The translations under genes were made by a program, and so were the position numbers. A DNA stretch of 11,174 nucleotides, taken from positions 1 to 11,174 of the forward strand of contig JANPJS010000072.1 in the NCBI GenBank assembly GCA_031425655.1, given 5' to 3'. This document shows positions 1-7,252 of this stretch, piece after piece (position 1 is the stretch's first letter; each line of letters opens with the position of its first letter). The notes beneath the pieces are model-generated. The model saw only the letters and a list, made by a program, of their open reading frames with translations, did no database searches and was not told where the DNA came from. The DNA comes from Abditibacteriaceae bacterium. GTDB lineage: Bacteria; Armatimonadota; Abditibacteriia; Abditibacteriales; Abditibacteriaceae.

Positions 1-13
1 TGGGGGTTTTCAG

Positions 14-113
14 GAGCGGCAAAGCCGCTCTTCTTTCACTAACTTAATGCCATTGGGCTAACGCCCTCTTCCAAACCAAATAACCTCACTGGTTTGGAAG
101 AGGGCGTTAGCCC
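14..113. repeat. Cluster of REP-like palindromes: GAGCGGC-AAA-GCCGCTC hairpin (14-30) and a perfect 24-bp inverted repeat (55-78 / 90-113)
   Basis: GGGCTAACGCCCTCTTCCAAACCA at 55-78 is the exact reverse complement of 90-113, with an 11-nt loop. A 7-bp hairpin lies at 14-30. Confidence 0.75.
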
Positions 114-131
114 CGCCTCACTGAGCCACAT

Positions 132-174
132 AAATAAAAACTCCGCGCAAAATAATTGTGCGGAGTTTTTATTT
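132..174 (-). terminator. Intrinsic, probably bidirectional, terminator downstream of lepB
   Basis: AAATAAAAACTCCGCGCAA / TTGTGCGGAGTTTTTATTT is a 19-bp inverted repeat with 1 mismatch and A/T tracts on both sides, about 20 nt after the lepB stop. Confidence 0.8.
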
Positions 175-196
175 TGTTTTCTTACGAAGAAACGCT

Positions 197-1027
197 TCAG
201 CGCACCGGAACCATGTCGGCGGGTGAGTTGGGCGTTAGTGGGCCGGTTCGACTTTTGCGGTCTACGAGACCTAAGCGCGTTGGCGGCCAGAAGACGAAAA
301 TCGCTTTGCCGACCACGTTTTCGCGCGGCACGAAACCCCACGCGTGACCATCGTTGGAATTATTGCGATGGTCGCCGAGCATTAACAGCTTGCCGGCGGG
401 CACGGCCTCGGCTTTCGCGCCATCAATGCGCGCTTGATCCGATTCATAACTGCGCGGCGCCTGCACCCATTGGCCCGGCTGTCCGGAATCAATATATTCG
501 CGCGAATAGACTTTGCCGTCCACGATTTTCATATCGTAAGAGTAAATCGGCGCTCCAGGCTGCGGACTCCACTTGGGATACGGCTCGTTAATCAGCTTGC
601 CGTCGCGGTAAAGCCGGCGATTTTTGATTTCGACGACGTGGCCCGGCGTGCCGATGCAACGCTTGATGAAATCCTCTCCGCCCGAACCTGACGCATCCGG
701 CGCTTTAAAAACGACTACGTCTTGAAAACCCGGCTCACGCATCCGGTAAATCAATTTGGAAACCAGCAGACGGTCACTCACGCGTAATGTGTCTTCCATC
801 GAGCCGGATGGAATATAAAACGCTTGCAGCAAAAACGGCTGGATGATGAACAGCACGAGTCCGAGCGCAATCGCAGCCGAATCGAGCGTTTCCGTGATGG
901 ATTTTGAGGCTTCGCTGCGCTGCCCATCGCCCTCAACCGGGCTGCACAGTTGCACGAAGAGTTTGGCGCCAATCAGCGCGCCGACGATGGCGAATTTAAC
1001 CGGCCACGAATCGAATGGAATCTGCAT
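197..1027 (-). CDS. lepB: Signal peptidase I
   Basis: N-terminal TM segments, catalytic Ser box IPSGSMEDTL, catalytic Lys box FIKRCIG, box E LGDHRNNSNDG. Position after rplS is the conserved one. Confidence 0.95.
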   Translation of the reverse strand: MQIPFDSWPVKFAIVGALIGAKLFVQLCSPVEGDGQRSEASKSITETLDSAAIALGLVLFIIQPFLLQAFYIPSGSMEDTLRVSDRLLVSKLIYRMREPGFQDVVVFKAPDASGSGGEDFIKRCIGTPGHVVEIKNRRLYRDGKLINEPYPKWSPQPGAPIYSYDMKIVDGKVYSREYIDSGQPGQWVQAPRSYESDQARIDGAKAEAVPAGKLLMLGDHRNNSNDGHAWGFVPRENVVGKAIFVFWPPTRLGLVDRKSRTGPLTPNSPADMVPVR

Positions 1028-1090
1028 AACGGTGAAACTTGAAGATTTTTCGGGACAGTTGCCCCTTTAAACGGGCCTTTTAGACCCAAT

Positions 1091-1133
1091 GACAAAGCGC
1101 GCGTTGCATAAAATTCGCAACACGCGCCTTGTC
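1091..1133 (-). terminator. Stem-loop downstream of rplS (terminator or RNA stabiliser)
   Basis: 17-bp arms at 1091-1107 and 1117-1133. Both mismatches become G-U pairs in the minus-strand RNA. The U-tract is weak. Confidence 0.55.
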
Positions 1134-1145
1134 CAAAAATCCAGT

Positions 1146-1499
1146 TTAGGCCGACTTTTCTTTGATGCGAATGGCTTTGCTGCCGACTCGGTCACGCAGG
1201 TAATACAGCTTGGCGCGGCGCACTTTGCCTTTGCGGCGCACTTCGATTTTGTCAATGCGCGGCGAGTTGAGCATAAAGGTGCGCTCAACGCCAACGCCCT
1301 GCGAAATGCGGCGCACTGTAAAGGTTTCGCTGATGCCGCTGCTGTTGCGGCCAATGCAAGTGCCCTCGAACGCCTGAATGCGCTCGCGAGTGCCTTCGAC
1401 CACTTTCACGTTCACGCGCAGCGTGTCGCCCGGCCCGAAAACCGGCTGATCGCTCTTAAAATGCCGTTCTTCGACGGCGCGGATCAAATTCTGATTCAT
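1146..1499 (-). CDS. rplS: 50S ribosomal protein L19
   Basis: Motifs [26 protein letters not shown] and [17 protein letters not shown] upstream (plus strand 1508-1512). Confidence 0.98.
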   Translation of the reverse strand: MNQNLIRAVEERHFKSDQPVFGPGDTLRVNVKVVEGTRERIQAFEGTCIGRNSSGISETFTVRRISQGVGVERTFMLNSPRIDKIEVRRKGKVRRAKLYYLRDRVGSKAIRIKEKSA

Positions 1500-1559
1500 A
1501 TCACAAACTCCTGACTAATTTTTTGCCTTAGGGAAGGACGGGCGCAGTGCACCAAGCCG

Positions 1560-2378
1560 TTAACGGCTCTCTTCCCCAGCGGGCGGGGAATCTGGTTCGC
1601 CAACTTTACGACGGTCGAATTCTTCCCAGATTCGGTGTTCTTCTTTTGTCCATTGGCGGCTTTCGCGAAGCGCGAGCGCTAAGTCTGATCGCTGAGCCAA
1701 AGTTCGTTTCAACGCCTCACAGCGTCGCCACTTTTTTACATTTTCGTGATGCCCACTCAGCAACACATCCGGCACCGATTTCCCGCGCCACATCGCTGGT
1801 CGCGTGTAATGCGGCGCTTCAAGCAGGCCGTCGCTAAACGATTCATCAAGCGGCGATTGCTCGTTGCCCAGCACGCCGGGAACTAAGCGCGCAACAGCTT
1901 CGATAACAACCAACGCCGCCGCTTCGCCGCCAGTTAAGACGTAATCGCCGATGCTGATTTCGTCCGTCACCAGCAATTCGACAGCACGCTCGTCCAAGCC
2001 TTCGTAATGTCCGCAAAGCAGCGCCAGATGCGAATGACTGCTCAATTCCTGCGCGATGGCCTGCGAAAGAGGCCGTCCCGTCGGCGTTAGAAAGATTACT
2101 GGACACGGCGCGGGCGAAATTTCACCGTTTTCATCCGGGCCGACCTTAAAATTTAACACATCTTCAAGGGCCGCTGCCACCGGTTCGGCTTTCATGACCA
2201 TGCCCGCGCCGCCGCCGAAGGGATAATCGTCACACACGCGATGCTTATCACTCGTCCAATCGCGGATATTATGCACCCCGATTTCAATCGCGCCACTGCC
2301 CTGCCCGCGCTTTAAAATGCTGCTCGAAAGCGGCCCGGCGAAGAACTCTGGAAAAAGCGTGAAGATGTCGAAACGCAT
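1560..2378 (-). CDS. trmD: tRNA (guanine37-N1)-methyltransferase
   Basis: Motifs [47 protein letters not shown] and [10 protein letters not shown]. Confidence 0.98.
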   Translation of the reverse strand: MRFDIFTLFPEFFAGPLSSSILKRGQGSGAIEIGVHNIRDWTSDKHRVCDDYPFGGGAGMVMKAEPVAAALEDVLNFKVGPDENGEISPAPCPVIFLTPTGRPLSQAIAQELSSHSHLALLCGHYEGLDERAVELLVTDEISIGDYVLTGGEAAALVVIEAVARLVPGVLGNEQSPLDESFSDGLLEAPHYTRPAMWRGKSVPDVLLSGHHENVKKWRRCEALKRTLAQRSDLALALRESRQWTKEEHRIWEEFDRRKVGEPDSPPAGEESR

Positions 2379-2381
2379 GAC

Positions 2382-2447
2382 TTGGGTGGTTGGGTGGTTG
2401 GGTGGTTGGGTGGTTCACGACCTAACCACCCAACTACCTAACCACCT
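2382..2447. repeat. Inverted array of 8-nt tandem repeats: (GGGTGGTT)x4 followed by (AACYACCY)x3
   Basis: GGGTGGTT x4 at 2384-2415. AACCACCC AACTACCT AACCACCT at 2424-2447. The array fills the tauE-trmD gap. Confidence 0.9.
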
Positions 2448-2452
2448 CACGC

Positions 2453-2836
2453 TCACGGCGCAGCGCGCATTTTCGCCAGCGCAACGACAATCGTATAAAC
2501 GCCCATCACGACAGCGAAGACGCCGAAGCCGAGTTGCAGCGTCGGGCCTTTGAGTTGGTTGGCGTATTTGCCGCCCGCCCAAGCGCCAACGGCCAGTAAC
2601 GCGCCGATAATCAGCGCGGCATTGAAGTCTACGTGGCCCTTTTTGTGATATTCGTAGACCGCGCCCAAGCCGAGCGGCGGCAGCAGAATCGCCAGACTGG
2701 TGCCCGTCGCTTTATGCTGCTCGAAGCCGAGCAAATAAACCAACGCCGGCACGATAATCATGCCGCCACCGATGCCAAAAAAACCGGCGGCGACACCGGC
2801 CAGCACACCAGTTAAGAGTAGTTTGGCGATTTCCAT
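2453..2836 (-). CDS. Half-size sulfite exporter TauE/SafE (TSUP) family membrane protein
   Basis: Family motifs AGFFGIGGGMIIVP and ATGTSL, about 4 hydrophobic segments, 127 aa. Confidence 0.88.
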   Translation of the reverse strand: MEIAKLLLTGVLAGVAAGFFGIGGGMIIVPALVYLLGFEQHKATGTSLAILLPPLGLGAVYEYHKKGHVDFNAALIIGALLAVGAWAGGKYANQLKGPTLQLGFGVFAVVMGVYTIVVALAKMRAAP

Positions 2837-3259
2837 CTACTTCACGATTCCCTTGTAAAACGCGACAACTGCGGGCGAACGCAGCCACCAAAACCAGATC
2901 GCGCCGAAAATAGCGTTCAAAACGGTGAACACTTGTTGCAGTGGTGTGTCCGAGCCAATCGTCGGCAGGCTGAGAACCGAGAGCACGCAGCCTATCATCA
3001 CTGCGATGCGCCCCCAATTGCGGCCATTCCACAACGCCCAGAGAAAGGCCAGCCAGATAGCCGACAGCACCGCATAAGCCGCTAAATCGGCGGCCACGGA
3101 AGTCTCTGTCATCGTGCCGTCGCAATAGACGACTCCAACAACAACGAGAAGGAGTTCAAGGCTGATGAACGTCTTCAGCGCCGGCGGACGAGGGCCAATT
3201 GGAAGCGGAGTGGGCCGAGGTGGTGGCCCCGAAAACGGATCGGGAATAGGTGGATTCAT
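2837..3259 (-). CDS. Hypothetical integral membrane protein (Pro-rich N-terminus, ~4 TM)
   Basis: The ORF fills the gap exactly: 2 nt after the rimM stop and abutting the tauE ATG. It has four hydrophobic stretches and a GRNWGR loop. Confidence 0.7.
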   Translation of the reverse strand: MNPPIPDPFSGPPPRPTPLPIGPRPPALKTFISLELLLVVVGVVYCDGTMTETSVAADLAAYAVLSAIWLAFLWALWNGRNWGRIAVMIGCVLSVLSLPTIGSDTPLQQVFTVLNAIFGAIWFWWLRSPAVVAFYKGIVK

Positions 3260-3261
3260 GG

Positions 3262-3771
3262 CTAATCTTCGGTCTTCAAGCCCGGCACATCACGGACAAC
3301 AAGCACTTTTTCAACAAAATCGGTTTTGACGATGAATTCGCTGACGCCGGGAATCATGGCTAAGGGCGTGACGTAAACATCGTGGGCCGGCGTTTCAAGG
3401 ATTTCTTCGATTTCGCCAAGCTCTTCGCCGCTTTCGGTCACCACGCGCAGGCCCAGCAATTCATCAATGTAGAACTCGCCTTCGGGCAAAGATGGACGCA
3501 TCGAAGCATGAATGAAAAGCTCGGCGCCTTTGAGTGCCTCGGCTTCGGGCGGCTGCGTGAATCCAACGTCCAAAATCCAGTGATGCGCCTTGAACTGCGC
3601 CGTTTTCACGGTTAGCAAGTGGCGTTTACCGTCTTTGACGGCGCAGAGCCGCGCTCCGGCCTCGAAGCGGCCCGGCGTGGTGGAAAACGGCTGCACTTTC
3701 AAATTGGCGCGATCCCACGAGCCGCTGATGCGGCCCACGCTTACATTCCACGTCGTTAAATCGTCGTTCAT
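3262..3771 (-). CDS. rimM: Ribosome maturation factor RimM
   Basis: AEALKGAELF, LPEGEFYIDELLGLRV, LGEIEEILETPAHDVYV and terminal PGL, plus operon position. Start placed at ATG 3771; the GTG at 3789 is an alternative. Confidence 0.92.
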   Translation of the reverse strand: MNDDLTTWNVSVGRISGSWDRANLKVQPFSTTPGRFEAGARLCAVKDGKRHLLTVKTAQFKAHHWILDVGFTQPPEAEALKGAELFIHASMRPSLPEGEFYIDELLGLRVVTESGEELGEIEEILETPAHDVYVTPLAMIPGVSEFIVKTDFVEKVLVVRDVPGLKTED

Positions 3772-3790
3772 TGGCAGCTTTCCAGACACA

Positions 3791-3826
3791 CGAAAAACCG
3801 CAGGCGTTTGGCCTGCGGCTTTTTCG
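3791..3826 (-). terminator. Intrinsic terminator after rpsP-khpA
   Basis: The minus strand reads CCGCAGGC-CAAAC-GCCTGCGG-TTTTTCG. Confidence 0.7.
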
Positions 3827-3852
3827 CATCACGGCCCGAAATTAAGGCTTCG

Positions 3853-4239
3853 TTACGCAGCGGCAGCTTCGTCAAGCGGCGCGTCTTCGGTCATGATTTC
3901 GACCGTGACGTGCGCGCCGGTTTTGGTGGCGGCGGCTTTGACAACCTGGCGCAGCGCATTGGCGACGCGGCCTTCTTTGCCGATCACGCGTCCGATGTCG
4001 TCGGGACTCACGCGCACGCCGTAAACCGAGCCGATGTCGTCGAGAAATTCTTCGACTTCGACTTCGTCCGGGTTAGTCACGATGCCCTGCACGAGGTAGC
4101 CCACCAATTCGATGAGGCGGGCTTCGTCTTCGGAAAGCGCCTCGAAAGCCTCTTCCATTTCACCGTCAATGGCTTCCGGCTCGACGGGAGTGTTAGCTCC
4201 CCCGGCGTTGGCTTCCTGCGGCAAATCGTGTTCGCTCAT
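3853..4239 (-). CDS. khpA: KH-domain RNA-binding protein KhpA (YlqC family) with acidic N-terminal extension
   Basis: KH motif [18 protein letters not shown]. The ATG at 4239 overlaps the rpsP stop (ATGA at 4236-4239), so the TTG start at 4308 is unlikely. Confidence 0.9.
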   Translation of the reverse strand: MSEHDLPQEANAGGANTPVEPEAIDGEMEEAFEALSEDEARLIELVGYLVQGIVTNPDEVEVEEFLDDIGSVYGVRVSPDDIGRVIGKEGRVANALRQVVKAAATKTGAHVTVEIMTEDAPLDEAAAA

Positions 4240-4478
4240 GCTTCGATGCCCTTGTGTTTCAGCAAAGAGCGCACGGTGTCGCTGGGCTGGGCGCCTTTGG
4301 CCAGCCATTCGCGCGCTTTAGCTTCGTCAATTTCCACGACGCCCGGCTGGCGCGTCGGCAGATAGTGACCGATGGTCTCAATGAAACGCCCGTCGCGCGG
4401 GCTGTTTTGATCCGCCACCACGATGCGGTAAGCGGGATTGTTTTTGGCGCCGGTGCGGCGCAGTCGGATACGAACCAT
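4236..4478 (-). CDS. rpsP: 30S ribosomal protein S16
   Basis: Motifs [29 protein letters not shown] and [20 protein letters not shown] at plus strand 4483-4488. Confidence 0.98.
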   Translation of the reverse strand: MVRIRLRRTGAKNNPAYRIVVADQNSPRDGRFIETIGHYLPTRQPGVVEIDEAKAREWLAKGAQPSDTVRSLLKHKGIEA

Positions 4479-4487
4479 TTTTCTCCT

Positions 4488-4576
4488 TGGTGCTGGGTTT
4501 TAGGTATTGGGTTCTGGGTGTTAAGCCTTCTCCACGATTAAAATCGCCAGAACCTAACACCCAACACCTAAAACCG
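4488..4576. repeat. Inverted array of degenerate 7-nt tandem repeats
   Basis: TGGTGCT GGGTTTT AGGTATT GGGTTCT GGGTGTT at 4488-4522, then AGAACCT AACACCC AACACCT AAAACCG at 4549-4576. Confidence 0.8.
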
Positions 4577-4581
4577 CACCC

Positions 4582-5928
4582 CTATTTTAACATACCGCGC
4601 GGATTAAAACCGCGCGGCATTTTCATTTTTCCCGATGCCATCGCGTTCATCTGGCGCAGCAGCTTTCTCATGTCGCGGAATTGGCCCAATAAACGGTTGA
4701 CATCCTGCACTTGCGTGCCGCTGCCCGATGCGATGCGCTTTTTGCGGCTGCCGTTAATCGTGTCCGGGTCGCGCCGCTCTTTGAGCGTCATCGAAAGAAT
4801 GATGGCCTCGACGCGCTTCATTTGCTTTTCGTCTACGCCAAGCTCGGCGCCTTTGGGCAATTTGCCCATGCCGGGCAGCATTCCCAGAATGTTTTCCATC
4901 GGCCCCATTTTCCGCATTTCCTTCATTTGCGTCAGAAAATCTTCGAAGTCGAAGTTGCCTTCGCGCATCTTGGCTTCCATCGCCAAAGCCTGCTTTTCGT
5001 CGAACTGCGACTCGGCTTTTTCGATGAGCGTCAGCACATCGCCCATGCCCAAAATGCGCCCGGCCATGCGGTCGGGATGAAACGCTTCCAATGCGTCCAA
5101 TTTTTCGCCCAATCCGACGTATTTGACGGGCACACCCGTCACGGCACGAACCGATAAAATCGCGCCGCCACGCGCATCGCCATCGAGTTTGGTCAGCACA
5201 ATTCCCGTCAGCGGCAGCGTTTCGTGAAACGCTTTGGCGGCGTTGACGGCGTCCTGTCCGGTCATCGCGTCCAGAGTGAGCAGCACTTCGTGCGGCGACA
5301 CGGCATCATGGACGTGGCGCACTTCGGCCATCATCGCTTCGTCAACGTGCAAGCGCCCGGCGGTGTCCACGATCACCACGTCGCAGTTGTGCGCGTCGGC
5401 GTATTTAAGGCCCGCTTTGGCGATTTGCGGCGGCGGATTGGTGCCCATTTCAAAAACCGGCACGCCGACTTGTTCGCCGACGGTTTGCAATTGCAAAATC
5501 GCGCCGGGCCGGTAAATATCGCAAGCCACGAGCAGCGGTTTTTTGCCCTCGCGCTTCAGTTGCGCCGCGAGTTTGGCGCAAGTCGTGGTTTTGCCGGTTC
5601 CCTGCAAGCCGGCCATGAGAATGACCGTCGGAGGCCGCGAAGTGAATTGAATGCGCGCAATACGTCCGCCGAGCAATTCGCTCATCTCGTCGCGCACGAT
5701 GGCGATGACCTGCTGGTCGGCTTGCAGCGATTCCAGCACGCTCTGGCCAATGGCCTTTTCGCGCACGCGCGCCACGAAATCCTTGACGATTTTGAAGTTC
5801 ACGTCAGCTTCAAGCAGCGCCAATCGCACTTCGCGCATCGCGGCGTCAACGTCAGCTTCGGAGATTTTGCCTTTGCCGCGCAATTTGGCAAAGGTATCGG
5901 AAAGTTTTTTAGAAAGATTGGAAAGCAT
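4582..5928 (-). CDS. ffh: Signal recognition particle protein Ffh
   Basis: Motifs ALLEADV, GLQGTGKTT, DTAGR and TKLDGDARGG, and a Met-rich M domain with SRKKRIASGSG. Confidence 0.99.
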   Translation of the reverse strand: MLSNLSKKLSDTFAKLRGKGKISEADVDAAMREVRLALLEADVNFKIVKDFVARVREKAIGQSVLESLQADQQVIAIVRDEMSELLGGRIARIQFTSRPPTVILMAGLQGTGKTTTCAKLAAQLKREGKKPLLVACDIYRPGAILQLQTVGEQVGVPVFEMGTNPPPQIAKAGLKYADAHNCDVVIVDTAGRLHVDEAMMAEVRHVHDAVSPHEVLLTLDAMTGQDAVNAAKAFHETLPLTGIVLTKLDGDARGGAILSVRAVTGVPVKYVGLGEKLDALEAFHPDRMAGRILGMGDVLTLIEKAESQFDEKQALAMEAKMREGNFDFEDFLTQMKEMRKMGPMENILGMLPGMGKLPKGAELGVDEKQMKRVEAIILSMTLKERRDPDTINGSRKKRIASGSGTQVQDVNRLLGQFRDMRKLLRQMNAMASGKMKMPRGFNPRGMLK

Positions 5929-5931
5929 GAT

Positions 5932-6300
5932 TTATGTAAGCGGCTCAATTGTCACGGCGCCGCCGTCGGTGAAAGTAGCGTTGAGTTGATGGTGATGGAA
6001 CAGATGAAGCCCCACCAAAATAAAGCCCTGAGTCGGAACGACGTGAACGACACGATCCTGTCCATCCCAAACGACGGTGACTTTATAACTTTGCATCTCG
6101 ACTTCTGAGCCATCTGCCAGTTGAATAGAGATAGCTGGATCGGGCAATAGGCCCATGTCCCTAATGATGGATGTAGGCAGAACTAAGGCTCCATCGAAAC
6201 CGGTGTCAACCCAGGCCTCAACTTCTCGCGTCACGCCCTTCAAACCGCGTAGGGTTAATCGGATATAAGGACGAAGTTCCGGCGAAACAAATCCAATCAT
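5932..6300 (-). CDS. Clan AA (retropepsin-like) aspartic protease, copy B
   Basis: Catalytic VDTGFDG motif, flap-like QLADGS, ILVG motif, 122-aa single domain. ATGA overlap with the upstream small gene. Confidence 0.85.
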   Translation of the reverse strand: MIGFVSPELRPYIRLTLRGLKGVTREVEAWVDTGFDGALVLPTSIIRDMGLLPDPAISIQLADGSEVEMQSYKVTVVWDGQDRVVHVVPTQGFILVGLHLFHHHQLNATFTDGGAVTIEPLT

Positions 6301-6566
6301 GGAATGTCCGGACGCAAGCCGCCATGAAGCGACCAGGCTGTGCGATAACCGATGCGAATTAAATAGCGATGGCCGTCCGGATGGCGCCCTCGGACGCGGT
6401 CGCTGGCCGCCACTTCATCTGTGTCCACTTCATAATCGCCCGATTCGACATCCACGACGAGGAACTCGCCGCGATGATCGTCAATAACGTGCGGGCGAAT
6501 GTCGCGCAGATAAATTTCCCAGCCGCGTGCGGCTATCTCTTTAAGTGACATCTCGGTTTGCGGCAT
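6297..6566 (-). CDS. Small uncharacterised partner protein (DUF5678-like, assignment uncertain), copy B
   Basis: GAGGTG SD 4 nt before ATG 6566. Paralogous to 6949-7221. Its stop overlaps the protease start. Confidence 0.75.
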   Translation of the reverse strand: MPQTEMSLKEIAARGWEIYLRDIRPHVIDDHRGEFLVVDVESGDYEVDTDEVAASDRVRGRHPDGHRYLIRIGYRTAWSLHGGLRPDIP

Positions 6567-6586
6567 AAAACACCTCACAGTTCATT

Positions 6587-6952
6587 TTACAGCGGCTCAA
6601 TCGTCACGGAGCCGCCGGTTTTGACTTCGATTTTCAATTCGCTGCCTTCGAGCAGGCGCATTCCAAAAACCGGGTCGCCGGTGGTGGCCATGACGGTAAC
6701 TTGCCGAGGCTCATCGTTCCACAAAATCGTGCCTGCAAAAATGAGAACGTGGACACCGCTGCCGTCGGCCAACTGAACCGTTACCTCGTCCAACAATTCA
6801 AAGCCGGCTCGCGCAATAACAGCGGGCGCCAGAGACAGTTCACCGTTGAACCCCGTGTCAACGAAGACTTCGATCTCACTCGCATCATGCTGCGCGTCAA
6901 GCAAGCAAACATGAACAGCCGCTTTGAACTCTATCGTGACGACACCGATCAT
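6587..6952 (-). CDS. Clan AA (retropepsin-like) aspartic protease, copy A
   Basis: VDTGFNG, QLADGS and PVFGMRLL motifs. It aligns without gaps to copy B at about 43/121 identical. Confidence 0.85.
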   Translation of the reverse strand: MIGVVTIEFKAAVHVCLLDAQHDASEIEVFVDTGFNGELSLAPAVIARAGFELLDEVTVQLADGSGVHVLIFAGTILWNDEPRQVTVMATTGDPVFGMRLLEGSELKIEVKTGGSVTIEPL

Positions 6953-7221
6953 AGCGCGTCATCCGGCTTCATCAGGCCGCCAAAAGAGTAGGCTGCTTGA
7001 GAGCCAACGCGAAATCCAAAGCGACGACCTTGCGGACGCCGCGCCATCAAGCGTCGAGCGGCTTCCAGATGCTCGGCGTCCACCTCATAGTCGCCGGATT
7101 CGACATCCAACACCAGAAATTCGCCGCGATGTTCGTCAATCACTTGCGGGCGAATGTCGCGGTAGTAAATCTCTTTGGCCAACGCCGCGAATTCTTCTTT
7201 TGAGAGTTCAATGACGTTCAT
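6949..7221 (-). CDS. Small uncharacterised partner protein (DUF5678-like, assignment uncertain), copy A
   Basis: GAGGTG SD 4 nt before ATG 7221. About 47/89 identical to copy B. ATGA overlap with protease A. Confidence 0.75.
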   Translation of the reverse strand: MNVIELSKEEFAALAKEIYYRDIRPQVIDEHRGEFLVLDVESGDYEVDAEHLEAARRLMARRPQGRRFGFRVGSQAAYSFGGLMKPDDAL

Positions 7222-7225
7222 TTCG

Positions 7226-7247
7226 CACCTCACACTTTATTTTAGCA
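7226..7247 (-). promoter_or_regulatory. Putative extended -10 promoter (TGcTAAAAT) plus SD for cassette A
   Basis: The minus strand reads TGCTAAAATAAAGTGTGAGGTG. A related motif precedes cassette B. No -35 at canonical spacing. Confidence 0.5.
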
Positions 7248-7252
7248 AGGCT

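Noticed and set aside
39..591. ORFs 39-341 (-), 94-591 (+) and 156-347 (+)
   Set aside because: They overlap lepB, its terminator and the palindromes. The shared peptide EEGVSP on both strands is an artefact of the inverted repeat.
1500..1559. Possible L19 leader RNA upstream of rplS
   Set aside because: No convincing stem or recognisable consensus by eye. It needs an Rfam/Infernal search.
2712..3125. 137-aa alternative-frame ORF on the minus strand
   Set aside because: It overlaps tauE and the membrane-protein gene. The 2837-3259 frame fits the gap exactly and has a coherent TM pattern.
5224..6108. 294-aa plus-strand ORF, together with 4487-5080 and 4711-5157
   Set aside because: Antisense shadows of ffh in GC-rich DNA with no recognisable motifs.
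5932..7247. Cassettes as a retroelement, prophage or integron array
   Set aside because: No reverse transcriptase, integrase, attC-like palindromes, terminal inverted repeats or target duplications are visible.
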